Shown: one piece after another, positions 47,032 through 59,029 of the stretch
Position numbering within the stretch: position 1 is the first letter of the stretch
Layout of the letters: every line of letters starts with the position of its first letter
Origin: Pseudomonadales bacterium
GTDB taxonomy: Bacteria > Pseudomonadota > Gammaproteobacteria > Pseudomonadales > UBA5518
Length of the DNA stretch: 64,000 nucleotides
Assembly (NCBI GenBank): GCA_024234165.1
Contig: JACKOP010000001.1
Coordinates: 533,707 to 597,706, forward strand
Direction: 5' to 3'
Notes under the pieces: model-generated
The model's input: only the letters and a program-made list of their open reading frames with translations
Told to the model about the DNA's origin: nothing
The model's database searches: none
Translations under genes and position numbers: made by a program

Positions 47032-47285
47032 GTATCTCCGCCGCGCGAACGCGTCAACGCACGGCGCGCACGCCAGATCGCACCACCGCCGGCCGCAAGG
47101 CCGCACAGCCCCCCGGCGATGAAAGCCGCGACGATCCACACCGACAGCGCGGCCTCCGGCAGGCGCAACAGCACCAGATCCAGCGCCACCACCTCGTTGT
47201 TGGCCAGCGAAAAAAGGAACGCCCAGAAACCGACCACCAGTACGGACAACAGCAGCAACAGTCGCAGCAGACGGGTGCGGATCAC
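47028..47285 (-). CDS. lapA: Lipopolysaccharide assembly protein A (DUF1049)
   Basis: 85 aa with two transmembrane helices and a basic tail, located after ihfB. Confidence 0.65.
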   Translation of the reverse strand: MIRTRLLRLLLLLSVLVVGFWAFLFSLANNEVVALDLVLLRLPEAALSVWIVAAFIAGGLCGLAAGGGAIWRARRALTRSRGGDT

Positions 47286-47290
47286 TGTAC

Positions 47291-47593
47291 TCAGCCGCTG
47301 CTTGCCTGATCCATATCGGGGTTCACGCGCTCGCGCATCTCCTTGCCGGGTTTGAAGTAGGGAACATACTTGCCCATCAGTTCGACCGCATCGCCAGTCT
47401 TCGGGTTGCGACCCCGTCGTGGTTCACGGTAGTGCAGCGAGAAACTGCCGAAACCGCGCACCTCGATACGTTCACCCTGTGCCAGGCTCGAGGCCATGTA
47501 CTCGATGATCATCTTGACCGCGAGTTCCACGTCCTTCGGTGACAACTGTTGCTGCTGTGCAGCGATGCGTTCGATCAACTCCGATTTGGTCAT
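47291..47593 (-). CDS. ihfB: Integration host factor subunit beta
   Basis: [14 protein letters not shown]...[27 protein letters not shown]. Confidence 0.95.
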   Translation of the reverse strand: MTKSELIERIAAQQQQLSPKDVELAVKMIIEYMASSLAQGERIEVRGFGSFSLHYREPRRGRNPKTGDAVELMGKYVPYFKPGKEMRERVNPDMDQASSG

Positions 47594-47704
47594 GTGCAAC
47601 TCGCTGTTTTTATTTGAAAAACATACGATGCCAAGCATAGTTGAGAACAGCGGGCGCGTCTAATGCAGGTATTCGCTGCAACCAGCACCAAGGCCATGTG
47701 ATGA

Positions 47705-47732
47705 CGGCGGAGCCCGCGAGCGGACCCCGCCG
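47705..47732 (-). terminator. GC-rich hairpin between rpsA and ihfB
   Basis: cggcgg...ccgccg stem. No clear U-tract. Confidence 0.3.
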
Positions 47733-47742
47733 TTCTGGCGCG

Positions 47743-49416
47743 TCAGCGACGATCCATCTGTGCCTTGATCAGATCGCCGATCGTGGTTGGTGCTGCTGCA
47801 TCAGCCTCCTCCCGCAACGCCTTGATCGCATCCTTTTCGTCCTGAACGTCCTTGGCCTTGATCGACAGCCCGATCACGCGGCTCTTGCGATCGACGTTGA
47901 TGATCTTGGCCTCGACGCTGTCGCCCATATTCAGCACATTGCGCGCGTCCTCGATGCGGTCGCGGCTGATTTCCGACGCCTTCAGGATCCCCTGCACGTC
48001 ATCGGCCAACTGCACCACTGCCGACTTCGCGTCGAGCTCGACGATCTTGCCCGTGACGATCGAACCCTTGTCGTTGACAGCGACGAAGTTGTTGAACGGA
48101 TCCCCTTCGAGCTGCTTGATGCCAAGTGAAATGCGTTCGCGCTCCGGATCGATCGACAGGATCACCGTGCTGACGTCGTCACCCTTCTTGTACGCACGCA
48201 CGGCTTCCTCGCCCGTCTCGTGCCACGAGATGTCCGACAGGTGCACCAGGCCGTCGATATTGCCTTCCAGCCCGATGAAGAGTCCGAAGTCGGTGATCGA
48301 CTTGATCTTGCCGGTGATCCGTTCGCCCTTGGCATGCGCGGCCGCGAACACGTCCCACGGGTTCTCGGTGCACTGCTTCATGCCGAGCGAGATACGACGA
48401 CGTTCCTCGTCGATGTCGAGAATCATCACATCGACCTCGTCGCCGACCTGCACGACCTTGGACGGATGGATGTTCTTGTTGGTCCAGTCCATCTCCGAGA
48501 CGTGTACCAGACCCTCGACACCCTGCTCGAGTTCGGCGAAACAGCCATAGTCGGTCAGGTTCGTCACCCGGGCCTTGACCCGGGTGTTTTCGGGGTAACG
48601 CGACTTGATGCTGACCCACGGGTCCGCCCCGAGCTGCTTCAACCCGAGCGAGACACGGTTCGTCTCGCGGTCGAACTTCAGCACCTTGACGTCGATCTCG
48701 TCGCCGACCTTCACGACTTCGCTCGGGTGCTTGATGCGACGCCACGCCATGTCCGTGATGTGCAGCAGTCCGTCCACGCCGCCCAGATCGACGAAGGCGC
48801 CGTAGTCGGTGAGGTTCTTGACCACGCCCTTGAGCGTTGCGCCTTCCTGCAGATTCGCCAGCAGCGCCTCACGCTCGGCGCTGTTGGCCTGCTCGAGAAC
48901 GGCCCGGCGCGAGACCACGATGTTGTTGCGCTTCTGGTCCAGCTTGATGACCTTGAACTCGAGCGGCTGACTCTCGAGGTGCGCGGTGTCGCGCACGGGA
49001 CGCACATCGACCAGCGAACCGGGCAGGAACGCACGGATGCCTTGCACATCGACGGTGAAGCCGCCCTTGACCTTGCCGTTGATCATGCCACGCACGACTT
49101 CGCTGTTTTCGAACGCGGACTCGAGATTCTTCCAGGTTTCGGCACGGCGCGCCTTCTCGCGTGACAGCCGTGTCTCGCCATAACCGTCCTCGATCGCCTC
49201 GAGTGCGACGTACACTTCGTCGCCGATCTCGAGATGGAACTCGCCGTTCTCGTCGAGAAACTGGCTACGCGGTATCACTCCCTCGGACTTGAGTCCCGCG
49301 TGCACGGTGACCCATTCGCTGTCGATATCCATCACGACGCCGGTGATGATCGAACCGACATCCATCTCGACGGTCTTCAGGCTCTCTTCGAAAAGCTGCG
49401 CAAAACTCTCGGTCAT
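47743..49416 (-). CDS. rpsA: 30S ribosomal protein S1
   Basis: [15 protein letters not shown]-terminus and six S1 repeats. Confidence 0.95.
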   Translation of the reverse strand: MTESFAQLFEESLKTVEMDVGSIITGVVMDIDSEWVTVHAGLKSEGVIPRSQFLDENGEFHLEIGDEVYVALEAIEDGYGETRLSREKARRAETWKNLESAFENSEVVRGMINGKVKGGFTVDVQGIRAFLPGSLVDVRPVRDTAHLESQPLEFKVIKLDQKRNNIVVSRRAVLEQANSAEREALLANLQEGATLKGVVKNLTDYGAFVDLGGVDGLLHITDMAWRRIKHPSEVVKVGDEIDVKVLKFDRETNRVSLGLKQLGADPWVSIKSRYPENTRVKARVTNLTDYGCFAELEQGVEGLVHVSEMDWTNKNIHPSKVVQVGDEVDVMILDIDEERRRISLGMKQCTENPWDVFAAAHAKGERITGKIKSITDFGLFIGLEGNIDGLVHLSDISWHETGEEAVRAYKKGDDVSTVILSIDPERERISLGIKQLEGDPFNNFVAVNDKGSIVTGKIVELDAKSAVVQLADDVQGILKASEISRDRIEDARNVLNMGDSVEAKIINVDRKSRVIGLSIKAKDVQDEKDAIKALREEADAAAPTTIGDLIKAQMDRR

Positions 49417-49576
49417 TGAAATTCCCTGCTGCGGCAACGCCGCAAATGGTCTTGCCCGCGCCCCAGCCGGCTCGGGGTCAACGATGAAAAACCAGCCACC
49501 GGGATGCTGGATACAGGGTGCCCGGGGACCGGAACCACACGGTGCACTGCGGGAGCAGCGCGACCGCGACGGAGCA

Positions 49577-50275
49577 TCAGATCATGCCCCTGCCTTTCAC
49601 TTCGGCCATCAAGCGGAGAAACACCTCCGTGATGCCGATGCCCGTCGTATCGACCAGTACCGCATCGGGTGCTGCCCGCAACGGGGCCACCGCGCGTTCG
49701 GTATCACGCCGATCGCGCGCCTCGATCTCCTCCACGAGGCGCGGCAGGCTAACAGCTTCCCCCTTTCCTTTCAACTGCTTATAGCGGCGTTGCGCACGCT
49801 CGGAGACGCTTGCAGTGAGGAAAACCTTCAGCGTCGCATCAGGAAACACCACCGTACCCATGTCACGCCCGTCGGCCACCAGCCCCGGCGGGATGCGGAA
49901 GGCACGCTGGCGCATCAGCAGCGCGCTGCGCACACCCGGCACTGCGGCGACCTCCGATGCGAGCGCCCCGACCTGCTCGCTGCGCACGATCGCGCTTACG
50001 TCCTCGCCTTCGAGGACCACACGCGCCTCCCCGCCGCCTGCGCCCGGGCGGAACCGCACATCCAGATGCCTGGCCAGTGCCTCGAGCGCTGCATGGTCGT
50101 CGAAGTCGACCTCGTGCTTGCGTGCCGCAATACCGACCAGCCGGTACAGGGCTCCACTATCGAGCAGATTCCAGCCAAGCTCGCGCGCAAGCAGTCGGCA
50201 CACGGTACCCTTGCCGGAGCCGCTGGGGCCATCGACCGTGACAACCGGAGCGTCCTTTTCCCTCGCCTTCCTCAT
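49577..50275 (-). CDS. cmk: Cytidylate kinase
   Basis: [16 protein letters not shown]-loop and standard length. Confidence 0.9.
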   Translation of the reverse strand: MRKAREKDAPVVTVDGPSGSGKGTVCRLLARELGWNLLDSGALYRLVGIAARKHEVDFDDHAALEALARHLDVRFRPGAGGGEARVVLEGEDVSAIVRSEQVGALASEVAAVPGVRSALLMRQRAFRIPPGLVADGRDMGTVVFPDATLKVFLTASVSERAQRRYKQLKGKGEAVSLPRLVEEIEARDRRDTERAVAPLRAAPDAVLVDTTGIGITEVFLRLMAEVKGRGMI

Positions 50276-50296
50276 CTCGAATTCCCGCTGCCCGCT

Positions 50297-51655
50297 TCAG
50301 GACGCAGCGGGTGCTACGGCGTGCTGGTCCACACGCAATCCGGCGTGTGCTGCAAGTTCACGGAAGCCCGGGAACGAAGTCGCCACGTTCGCGCAATCGC
50401 GAATCTCGATCGCCGCGCTCGCGCGCAGCGATGCAATCGCAAACGCCATCGCGATCCGGTGGTCGCTGCGGCTGTCTATTCTGCCACCGCCGAAGGCACC
50501 ACCACGGATGCGAATGCCATCCGGCAATGTTTCGTGCACCACTCCGATCTGCTGGAAACCACGCGCCATGGCGTCGATTCGATCGCTCTCCTTGACCCGC
50601 AGCTCCTCGGCCCCGCACAACACCGTTTCACCGTCCGCACACGCAGCAGCGATGAACAACACCGGAAACTCGTCGATCGCAAGCGGCACCAATTCCACGG
50701 GAATCCCGACTCCACGCAATGGTGCATGACGCACACGCAGATCCGCAACAGGTTCGCCACCGCTCTCACGACGCGCCAGCATCTCGATATCCGCACCCAT
50801 CAGACGCAGGATGTCGATCACCCCGGTACGCGTCGGATTCACTCCGACATTGCGCAGCAACAGATCCGAACCCGGCGTGATCGCCGCGCCGACCAGGAAG
50901 AATGCCGCCGACGAAATATCGCCGGGGACCTCGATGGCTGCAGCCTGCAACCGGCCGCCACCCTCGAGCATCACTGCCGCACCAGCGCGCCGTACGGGAT
51001 AGCCAAACCCCTGCAGCATGCGCTCGGTATGGTCGCGCGTCGGTGCCGGTTCGATCACGCAGGTGCCGCCGCTCGCGTAGAGGCCGGCGAGCAACACCGC
51101 CGATTTCACCTGCGCGCTGGCTACCGGCATCCGGTACTCGATTCCGTGCAAGCTGCATCCGCCGTGCAGCCGCAACGGGGGACGGCCACCATCGGCAGTA
51201 TCGATCCGCGCTCCCATCAGGCGCAGCGGATCCGCAACGCGTGCCATCGGCCGACGGGTCAGTGATGCATCACCGCTCAGGACCACGTCGAAGGGCTGGG
51301 CTGCCAGGAGACCGGACAACAGCCGCATCGAGGTACCCGAATTGCCGAGGTAGAGTGGCGCTTGCGGGGCGCGCAGGCCATGCATTCCCACCCCTTCGAT
51401 GCGGACACGCCCGGCCTCTGGTCCACTGATCTGCACGCCCATGGCACGAAATGCTGCAAGCGTCGCGAGGCTGTCCTCACCGTCCAGGAAACCCTGTACC
51501 TCGGTCACACCTTCAGCCAGCGAACCGAGCATGATCGAGCGATGCGATATCGACTTGTCACCCGGTACGCGAATTTCTCCACGCAACGCACTGCCGCCAC
51601 GTGCGACGTAATCGATCCGTTCCTGCTGCACCACGCTGCCCCCGTCCGAACTCAC
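50297..51655 (-). CDS. aroA: 3-phosphoshikimate 1-carboxyvinyltransferase (EPSP synthase)
   Basis: VPGDKSISHRSIMLG and LGNSGTSMRLL motifs. The start overlaps the tyrA stop. Confidence 0.9.
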   Translation of the reverse strand: MSSDGGSVVQQERIDYVARGGSALRGEIRVPGDKSISHRSIMLGSLAEGVTEVQGFLDGEDSLATLAAFRAMGVQISGPEAGRVRIEGVGMHGLRAPQAPLYLGNSGTSMRLLSGLLAAQPFDVVLSGDASLTRRPMARVADPLRLMGARIDTADGGRPPLRLHGGCSLHGIEYRMPVASAQVKSAVLLAGLYASGGTCVIEPAPTRDHTERMLQGFGYPVRRAGAAVMLEGGGRLQAAAIEVPGDISSAAFFLVGAAITPGSDLLLRNVGVNPTRTGVIDILRLMGADIEMLARRESGGEPVADLRVRHAPLRGVGIPVELVPLAIDEFPVLFIAAACADGETVLCGAEELRVKESDRIDAMARGFQQIGVVHETLPDGIRIRGGAFGGGRIDSRSDHRIAMAFAIASLRASAAIEIRDCANVATSFPGFRELAAHAGLRVDQHAVAPAAS

Positions 51656-52542
51656 TGCTGGATACCTTGTTCGAGCCAGCGCAGATACCGCTCGCGCGCC
51701 GTACGTGCGCGCACGAAAACCTGCTCCAGCGCCGCCGCATCACCTGCGGCAACTGCCGAGCGCAGCGCATCGAGAGTGACCGTGAAACCGTCGATCGCGT
51801 CGAGCAATGCGCTGCGGTTCGTAATCGCGATGTCGCGCCACATCACGGCATCGCTCGATGCGATGCGGGTGAAATCTCGAAACCCTCCCGCCGCAAAGCG
51901 AAAGATGTCCTCGCTCGCACTCTGGCGCGCAAGACTGTCCACGAGCGCAAACGCCAGCATATGCGGCAGATGGCTGGTCAAGGCGAGGATGCGATCGTGA
52001 GCCGCGACGTCCATGCGTACGACCTCGGCGCCGGTCAGCCGCCACATCGCATCCACGATCGCAAGTGCTGCGTCATCGGTATCCGGGAGTGGCGTGAGAA
52101 TCACCCGGTGGCGTTCGAACAATCCGGCATGCGCTGCCTCCACACCGGACCTCTCCGCACCAGCGATCGGGTGCCCCGGAACCAGGCGTGGCGGCACGCT
52201 GCCGAAGACCGCTGCGGCGGCTGCGACCACGCTGCCCTTCACACTGGCGACATCGGTGATCAGCACGTCCGGGCGGCCATGATCACGGATCGCCTCGAAA
52301 ATCCGTCCGACCGTGAGTGTCGGCACACCGACCACGATCAGGTCGGCCTCTGCAACGGCTGCTTCGAGGCTCTGCGGCGCGGCATCAATCAACCCGGCAG
52401 CGAGTGCGTAATCGAGCGAGGCACGGTTGCGGTTGAACGCGGTAATGCGACGTGCAAAACCCTTGTCACGCAGGGCGGCAGCCAGCGAGCCACCGATCAG
52501 GCCGAGGCCGACGACCAGAAGCGTATCGATCCGGCGATTCAT
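51652..52542 (-). CDS. tyrA: Prephenate dehydrogenase
   Basis: LLVVGLGLIGGSLA Rossmann fold and SHLPHMLAFALV. Confidence 0.85.
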   Translation of the reverse strand: MNRRIDTLLVVGLGLIGGSLAAALRDKGFARRITAFNRNRASLDYALAAGLIDAAPQSLEAAVAEADLIVVGVPTLTVGRIFEAIRDHGRPDVLITDVASVKGSVVAAAAAVFGSVPPRLVPGHPIAGAERSGVEAAHAGLFERHRVILTPLPDTDDAALAIVDAMWRLTGAEVVRMDVAAHDRILALTSHLPHMLAFALVDSLARQSASEDIFRFAAGGFRDFTRIASSDAVMWRDIAITNRSALLDAIDGFTVTLDALRSAVAAGDAAALEQVFVRARTARERYLRWLEQGIQQ

Positions 52543-52610
52543 GTCCGCTGTCTCCGCGGACAGGGACGAACACAACGACGCGGCACGCGCGACACCGGGC
52601 CGTCCATCGC

Positions 52611-53753
52611 TCAGATCACCGCCTGCGGATAGGAACCGAGGATCTTCAGCATCACGGTCTGCTCTTCCAGTTCGCGCAGCACGCGTGCAACCACGGGATC
52701 CTCGCGGTGTCCCTCGAACTCGATGAAAAAGAGATAGGTCCAGGTCTCCGACCGCGAAGGCCGTGTATCGATCCGTGTCAGCATCAGTTGTTCACGCTGG
52801 AACGGTTCCAGCAGGGCGAACAGCGCACCAGGCTTGTTGTGCGTGGACACGATGATCGAGGTCTTGTCCCTGCCGGCCGGCTTCACCAGTTCACGCCCGA
52901 TGACCAGGAAGCGTGTCGAGTTGTCGGCATAATCCTGGATGTTCGACGCCAGCCGGTTCAGACCATAGATCTCCCGAGCCACGTCACCGGCGATCGCTGC
53001 CACCGTGGCGTCGACTGCCGCGAGCCGTGCCGCTTCGCCGTTGCTGGAGCTTGCCTGCTGCTCGACGTGTGGCCAGTTCTTCTCCAGCCAGCCACGACAC
53101 TGCGCAAGCGCCTGCTGATGCGCGCAGATACGCCGCACATCCTGCGGCGTGCAGCCAGGCCCGCCGAGCAGATGCAGGCGAATCGGCAGCTCGACCTCAC
53201 CACAGATCTTCAGCGTCGAGCGGATGAAGTTGTCCAGAGTGTGCGTGACCATGCCTTCGGTGGAATTCTCTACCGGTACCACCCCGTAATCCGCCTCGCC
53301 CGATTCGACGGCGTCGAACACCGCATCGATGCTCATCAGCGGCCGGCTGATCACCGCGTGACCGAAATGCTTGACCGCGGCCGCCTGCGTGAACGTGCCC
53401 TCCGGACCAAGGAACGCGATCGTCATCGGCTTTTCGAGTGCGAGGCAGGCCGACATGATCTCGCGGAAGATATGCGCGACCTCGTGTGCCGGCAACGGGC
53501 CCCGGTTGCGCTCCATCACGGTGTGCAGCACCTGCGCCTCGCGCTCGGGGCGGTAGAAGCTCACCGCCGTCTCGCCGCATCTTCCATGCATGGCGAGCAG
53601 TTCGGTCTTCTTGACTTCGGCCACCTGTTGCGCACAACCGGCACGCCGGTTCAGCAGATCCTGCAACTGGAGATCGATACCGTCGATCTCGGCACGGATG
53701 CGCGCAAGACGCTCGGCCGGATCGGCAGCGTCGCTGCGTCCGGATTCAGCCAT
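52611..53753 (-). CDS. pheA: Bifunctional chorismate mutase / prephenate dehydratase (P-protein)
   Basis: LARIRAEIDGIDLQLQDLLNRRA (chorismate mutase), TRFLVIG and ESRPS-like SRSETW (dehydratase/ACT). Confidence 0.9.
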   Translation of the reverse strand: MAESGRSDAADPAERLARIRAEIDGIDLQLQDLLNRRAGCAQQVAEVKKTELLAMHGRCGETAVSFYRPEREAQVLHTVMERNRGPLPAHEVAHIFREIMSACLALEKPMTIAFLGPEGTFTQAAAVKHFGHAVISRPLMSIDAVFDAVESGEADYGVVPVENSTEGMVTHTLDNFIRSTLKICGEVELPIRLHLLGGPGCTPQDVRRICAHQQALAQCRGWLEKNWPHVEQQASSSNGEAARLAAVDATVAAIAGDVAREIYGLNRLASNIQDYADNSTRFLVIGRELVKPAGRDKTSIIVSTHNKPGALFALLEPFQREQLMLTRIDTRPSRSETWTYLFFIEFEGHREDPVVARVLRELEEQTVMLKILGSYPQAVI

Positions 53754-54828
53754 TGCGTTTCGCAAAGTCCTGCATGAAAGCGATCAGGGTTTCGACGGCA
53801 TCCATGCCGAGTGCGTTATAAATGCTTGCGCGCATGCCGCCGACCGAACGGTGCCCTTCCAGATACAGCAGACCCGCAGCTGTCGCTTCGGCCACGAAGG
53901 GTTTCTCCAGCGCCGCATCGCTCACGGTGAACGGTACGTTCATCCACGAACGCGAAGCAGCTTCCACCGGGTTGGCATAGAAACCGCTCGCATCAATGTA
54001 ACCGTAGAGCCGCTCTGCCTTGCGCCGGTTCGATTCTCCAACCGCAGCCAGCCCACCCTGGCGCTTCAGCCAGTCGAACACCAGTCCGGCGAGATAGATG
54101 CTGAACGTCGGCGGCGTGTTGTACATCGATGCGTTCTTCGCCTGCAGCGTCCAGTCGAGCACTGCGGGTGTGCGCGGATCCGCACGCCCGAGCAGTTCGC
54201 GGCGTACGATCACGATCACCAGCCCGGCCGGACCGATATTCTTCTGCGCACCGGCGTAGATCACGCCGAAACGATTCACGTCGACAGGCCGTGAGAGGAT
54301 CGTCGACGACATGTCGGCAACCAGCGGAGTCGAACCGACCTCGGGCACCCAGCCGTACTCGACACCTCCGATCGTCTCGTTCGGCGTGTAGTGCAGATAA
54401 GCCGCTGCCGGCGAACGCTGCCACAGATCCTGCGCCGGTACCGTCGTGTAGCGGGTGGCTTGCGCGCTCGCGACCACATTCACGTCACAGTACTTGCGCG
54501 CCTCGGCGATCGCCTTCTGGGACCACTGTCCGGTGTCGACGTAATCCGCCGTGGTGGCACCACCGAGCAGGTTCATCGGTATCGCCGCGAACTGCGCCGT
54601 CGCTCCGCCCTGCAGGAACAGCACGGCGTAATCGTCGCCGATACCGAGCAGCTCGCACAGATCCGCCTCGGCACGTTCGGCGATGCCGACCATGTCCTTG
54701 CCGCGATGGCTCATTTCCATCACCGACAGTCCGCAACCGTGCCAATCGAGCAGCTCGTCGCGCGCCTGTTTCAGCACGGCCTCGGGGAGCGCCGCCGGTC
54801 CGGCGCAGAAGTTGAACACTCGTGTCAT
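53746..54828 (-). CDS. serC: Phosphoserine aminotransferase
   Basis: FNFCAGPAALPEAVL, GAQKNIGPAGL. Confidence 0.95.
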   Translation of the reverse strand: MTRVFNFCAGPAALPEAVLKQARDELLDWHGCGLSVMEMSHRGKDMVGIAERAEADLCELLGIGDDYAVLFLQGGATAQFAAIPMNLLGGATTADYVDTGQWSQKAIAEARKYCDVNVVASAQATRYTTVPAQDLWQRSPAAAYLHYTPNETIGGVEYGWVPEVGSTPLVADMSSTILSRPVDVNRFGVIYAGAQKNIGPAGLVIVIVRRELLGRADPRTPAVLDWTLQAKNASMYNTPPTFSIYLAGLVFDWLKRQGGLAAVGESNRRKAERLYGYIDASGFYANPVEAASRSWMNVPFTVSDAALEKPFVAEATAAGLLYLEGHRSVGGMRASIYNALGMDAVETLIAFMQDFAKRNG

Positions 54829-54881
54829 CGCAGTTTCATCCTCGTTGTATCAGGAACGGAATCGCCAACGGCGACCCGCCA

Positions 54882-57467
54882 TCAGTGGATCGATTCCGGC
54901 ACCGGCGCATCGGCGTCGGCTGGCGTATCGCCACCATTCGCCTCGGCAATGCGTGCAAGACCGACCAGTGTCTCGCCGTCGCGCATGTTCATGACCTTCA
55001 CTCCCTGCGTGTTGCGCCCCAGCAGCGAGATCTGCACCACCACCGTGCGCAACAGTGTTCCCTGGTCGCTGATCAGCATCACCTCGTCGTCAGACGAGAC
55101 ATTGATCGCGCCTACCAGCGCACCGTTACGGCTGCTGGTCTGCATCCCAATCACACCCTGGCCGCCGCGACGGTGCAGCGGGAAGTCAGCGGTCGCAGTA
55201 CGCTTGCCGTACCCGTTGCCGCTCACGGTCAGCACCTGCAGCGCGTCGCCTCCGGGGACGATCAGCGACACCACACGCTGGGCCTCGCCAAGACGCATGC
55301 CGCGCACACCATGCGCGGTGCGGCCCATTGCACGCACGTCGACTTCACTGAAGCGGATGGCACGCCCGGAACTGCAGAACAGCATCACCTCGCTGCTGCC
55401 ATCGGTGATCGCCGTTCCCACCAGGTGATCACCCTCGCCGAGATCGATGGCAATCAGCCCGGCCGAACGCGGCCTCGCGAACGCGACCAGCGGGGTTTTC
55501 TTCACCGTGCCGTCCGAGGTCGCCATGAACACGAAACGATCCTCGCCGAACTCCGCGACCGGCAGCAGCGAGGTGATGCGCTCACCGTCCTCGAGTGGCA
55601 GCAGGTTGACCAGCGGGCGACCCTTCGCACCCCGCGACGCACTCGGGATCTCGAACACCCGCAGCCAGTAGACACGTCCCCGATCGGAAAAGCACAGGAT
55701 CGTGTGATGCGAGTTGGCAACCAGCAGGTGCTCAATCGAGTCCTCCTCGCGCACAGGTGCGCCCGAGCGACCGACGCCGCCACGGCGCTGGGCCTGGTAC
55801 GCATCGAGCGGCTGCGATTTTGCGTATCCGCTGAAAGATACGGTGACTACACGCTCCTCCTGTGGAATCAGGTCTTCCGCGCGCAGGTCCTGGCGGCTGG
55901 TGACGATCTCGGTCCGTCGCGCATCGCCGTATTCGGTCGCAACTTCCTCTAGTTCGGTACGAATCACCCGCATCAGGCGAATCGGGTCGGCGAGGATCTC
56001 GAGGTAATCCGTGATCTGGGCGAGCTTCTCCTGATATTCCGTGAGCAGCTTCTCATGCTCGAGACCGGTAAGACGGTGCAGACGCAGATCCAGGATCGCC
56101 TGCGCCTGCTCTGGTGAAAGGTGATAGTGACCGTCGCGCAGACCGTACTCGCCCGGCAGATCTTCCGGGCGACAGGCGTTCGCGCCTGCCCTGTCGAGCA
56201 TCGCCAGCACGCCACCGGGGGCCCAGACGCGCGCCACCAGACGCTCGCGTGCATCCATCGGGCTTGCCGAGGCGCGGATCAGCTCGATCACTGCATCGAT
56301 GTTCGCCAGCGCAACCGCAAGCCCCTCGAGCACGTGACCACGCTCGCGCGCCTTGCGCAGCAGGAACACCGTGCGCCGGGTGACTACCTCGCGCCGATGT
56401 CGCAGGAACGCGTCGAGCATTTCCTTGAGGTTCAGTGTGCGCGGCTGGCCGTCTACCAGCGCGACTGCATTGATGCCGAACACGCTCTCGAGCTGTGTCT
56501 GCGCATACAGGTTGTTCAGCACCACCTCGCCGGACTCGCCACGGCGCAGTTCGATCACCACCCGTAGCCCGTCCTTGTCCGACTCGTCGCGCAGTTCGCT
56601 GATTCCCTCGATGCGCTCGTCCTTGACCAGTTCGGCGATCTTCTCGATCAGCCGTGCCTTGTTCACCTGGTACGGAAGCTCCGTGACCACGATCACATCA
56701 CGGCCGCCCGCCTTGTCCTCGACGACCTCGGCACACGCGCGCACGTAGATGCGACCCCGACCGGTGCGGTAGGCCTCGACGATGCCCTGGCGCCCGTTGA
56801 TGATGCCGCCGGTCGGAAAATCGGGTCCCGGCACGTATTCGATCAGCTCATCGACGTCGAGGTCCGGTCGGTCGATCAGCGCCAGGCACGCAGCGATCAC
56901 CTCGTTCAGGTTGTGCGGCGGGATATTGGTCGCCATTCCGACCGCGATACCCGAAGAGCCGTTGACCAGCAGGTTCGGAACCCGGGTGGGCAGCACTGCC
57001 GGGATCTGCTCGGTGCCATCGTAGTTCGGTACGAAATCGACCGTCTCCTTGTCGAGATCGGCCATCAGATCGTGCGCGATGCGACGCATGCGGATCTCGG
57101 TATAGCGCATCGCCGCTGCCGAGTCTCCGTCAACGGATCCGAAGTTGCCCTGGCCGTCGACCAGCACGTAGCGCATCGAGAATGGCTGCGCCATGCGCAC
57201 GATGGTGTCGTAGACGGCCGAATCGCCGTGCGGGTGATACTTGCCGATCACGTCGCCGACCACGCGCGCGGACTTCTTGTACGCCTTGTTCCAATCATTG
57301 CCGAGTTCGCTCATCGCGAACAGCACCCGCCGATGCACCGGTTTCAGGCCGTCGCGCACGTCTGGCAGGGCGCGTCCGACGATCACGCTCATCGCGTAAT
57401 CGAGGTAGGACTGGCGCAGCTCGCCCTCGATACCGACCACAACGACTTCTTTTGCTGATTCGCCCAT
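54882..57467 (-). CDS. gyrA: DNA gyrase subunit A
   Basis: [39 protein letters not shown] (QRDR region) and a C-terminal beta-pinwheel. Confidence 0.97.
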   Translation of the reverse strand: MGESAKEVVVVGIEGELRQSYLDYAMSVIVGRALPDVRDGLKPVHRRVLFAMSELGNDWNKAYKKSARVVGDVIGKYHPHGDSAVYDTIVRMAQPFSMRYVLVDGQGNFGSVDGDSAAAMRYTEIRMRRIAHDLMADLDKETVDFVPNYDGTEQIPAVLPTRVPNLLVNGSSGIAVGMATNIPPHNLNEVIAACLALIDRPDLDVDELIEYVPGPDFPTGGIINGRQGIVEAYRTGRGRIYVRACAEVVEDKAGGRDVIVVTELPYQVNKARLIEKIAELVKDERIEGISELRDESDKDGLRVVIELRRGESGEVVLNNLYAQTQLESVFGINAVALVDGQPRTLNLKEMLDAFLRHRREVVTRRTVFLLRKARERGHVLEGLAVALANIDAVIELIRASASPMDARERLVARVWAPGGVLAMLDRAGANACRPEDLPGEYGLRDGHYHLSPEQAQAILDLRLHRLTGLEHEKLLTEYQEKLAQITDYLEILADPIRLMRVIRTELEEVATEYGDARRTEIVTSRQDLRAEDLIPQEERVVTVSFSGYAKSQPLDAYQAQRRGGVGRSGAPVREEDSIEHLLVANSHHTILCFSDRGRVYWLRVFEIPSASRGAKGRPLVNLLPLEDGERITSLLPVAEFGEDRFVFMATSDGTVKKTPLVAFARPRSAGLIAIDLGEGDHLVGTAITDGSSEVMLFCSSGRAIRFSEVDVRAMGRTAHGVRGMRLGEAQRVVSLIVPGGDALQVLTVSGNGYGKRTATADFPLHRRGGQGVIGMQTSSRNGALVGAINVSSDDEVMLISDQGTLLRTVVVQISLLGRNTQGVKVMNMRDGETLVGLARIAEANGGDTPADADAPVPESIH

Positions 57468-57652
57468 AATAACCTGAAAAATCAATGGTTTCCACATGCC
57501 GGAAAACAGATCGACGGCATCTTTCAGGCATCGATTCCGGCTGCTTCAAAAGGGCGGCATCATAGCATAGCCGGACGATGCGCGGTTAGCCGCCGACCCG
57601 CGGTTCGCGCCTGCGGGCCAGCGGGTATACTTGCCGCCGCCCGGCGCGCCCG

Positions 57653-58990
57653 GTGTCGGTCCTGGAGGGGGTATTGGAGAACGTCGACCACATCATCCAT
57701 GCGCGCTGGCTGCTGCCGGTCGCACCACGCAATGTGTTGCTCGAGGCGCACAGCGTCGCGCTGCGTGACGGGCGAATCGTGGCGATCGCAGCGCACGATG
57801 AAATCACGCGCTGCTTCAGCGCCCCCGGCGAAACCGCACTCGCGCACCATGTGCTGATGCCGGGGCTGGTCAATACGCACGGCCACCTCGCGATGACGCT
57901 GCTGCGCGGGCTGGCAGACGACCACGGCCTCACGAGCTGGTTGCAGCAGCATATCTGGCCGGCCGAGGCACGCTGGGTCGGCGAGGATTTCGTGCGCATC
58001 GGCACCCGCCTCGCGATCGCCGAGATGCTCGCCGGCGGCACCACCTGCGCGAGCGACATGTATTTCTTTCCCGACGTCGTCGCGGCAACGGTCGTCGAGA
58101 CGGGTTTCCGTGCCCAGATCGCGTTTCCGGTCCTCGACCACCCCAGTGCCTGGGCGTCCACCGCTGCGGAGTACCTCGCGAAGGGGCTGCAGGTGCGCGA
58201 CGACTACCGCGGCAATCCGCGCCTGAGCTTCGCATTCGGACCACACGCGCCGTACACCAACAGCGATGCCATGCTCGCACGCATCGCGATGCTCGCGGCC
58301 GAACTCGATGCACCGGTACAGATGCACGTGCACGAGACCGCGGGCGAGATACGCGACTCGATCGCGCAACACGGCAAACGGCCCCTGCTCCGCCTCGCGG
58401 AACTCGGCCTGCTGTCACCACGCTTCCAGGCCGTGCACATGACCCAAGTCGCAGCCGCCGATCTGGAAGTGCTCGCACGCGAACGCGTGCACGTGCTGCA
58501 CTGTCCCAGCTCGAACCTGAAGCTCGCGGCTGGCTTTTGCCCGGTACACAGCCTGTGCAACGCCGGGATCAACGTCGCCCTGGGCACCGATGGCGCTGCG
58601 AGCAACAATACGCTCGACCTGTTCGCCGAGATGCGCCTGGCAGCACTGCTCGCCAAGGGCAGCAGCGGCGACCCGACTGCCGTATCGGCACATGCGGCAT
58701 TGCGCATGGCAACCCTGGGCGGCGCCGAGGCACTGGGACTCGCCGAGCGCATCGGCAGTCTCGAGGCTGGCAAGGATGCCGACATGATCGCCGTGAACGT
58801 CGCGCGACACGGGTGCCAGCCGATATACGACATGCACTCGGCTCTCGTTTACGCGGGCAGCGCAGCAGCCGTAACCCACGCATGGATCGAGGGCCGTCAA
58901 CTCCTTGGCGCGGGCTGGCCTTCCGCTCTGGATCACGCGTGTCTGCTGGCCGACGCCGCACACTGGCGCCAGCGCATCGCAGCGCACTGA
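57653..58990 (+). CDS. mtaD: 5-methylthioadenosine/S-adenosylhomocysteine deaminase-like amidohydrolase
   Basis: LMPGLVNTHGHLAMTLLRG, HVHE and GTDGAASNN motifs. Confidence 0.8.
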   Translation: MSVLEGVLENVDHIIHARWLLPVAPRNVLLEAHSVALRDGRIVAIAAHDEITRCFSAPGETALAHHVLMPGLVNTHGHLAMTLLRGLADDHGLTSWLQQHIWPAEARWVGEDFVRIGTRLAIAEMLAGGTTCASDMYFFPDVVAATVVETGFRAQIAFPVLDHPSAWASTAAEYLAKGLQVRDDYRGNPRLSFAFGPHAPYTNSDAMLARIAMLAAELDAPVQMHVHETAGEIRDSIAQHGKRPLLRLAELGLLSPRFQAVHMTQVAAADLEVLARERVHVLHCPSSNLKLAAGFCPVHSLCNAGINVALGTDGAASNNTLDLFAEMRLAALLAKGSSGDPTAVSAHAALRMATLGGAEALGLAERIGSLEAGKDADMIAVNVARHGCQPIYDMHSALVYAGSAAAVTHAWIEGRQLLGAGWPSALDHACLLADAAHWRQRIAAH

Positions 58991-59029
58991 ACACTCCCCA
59001 TTCATCCTTTGTCAGACGGACTTTCGCGC

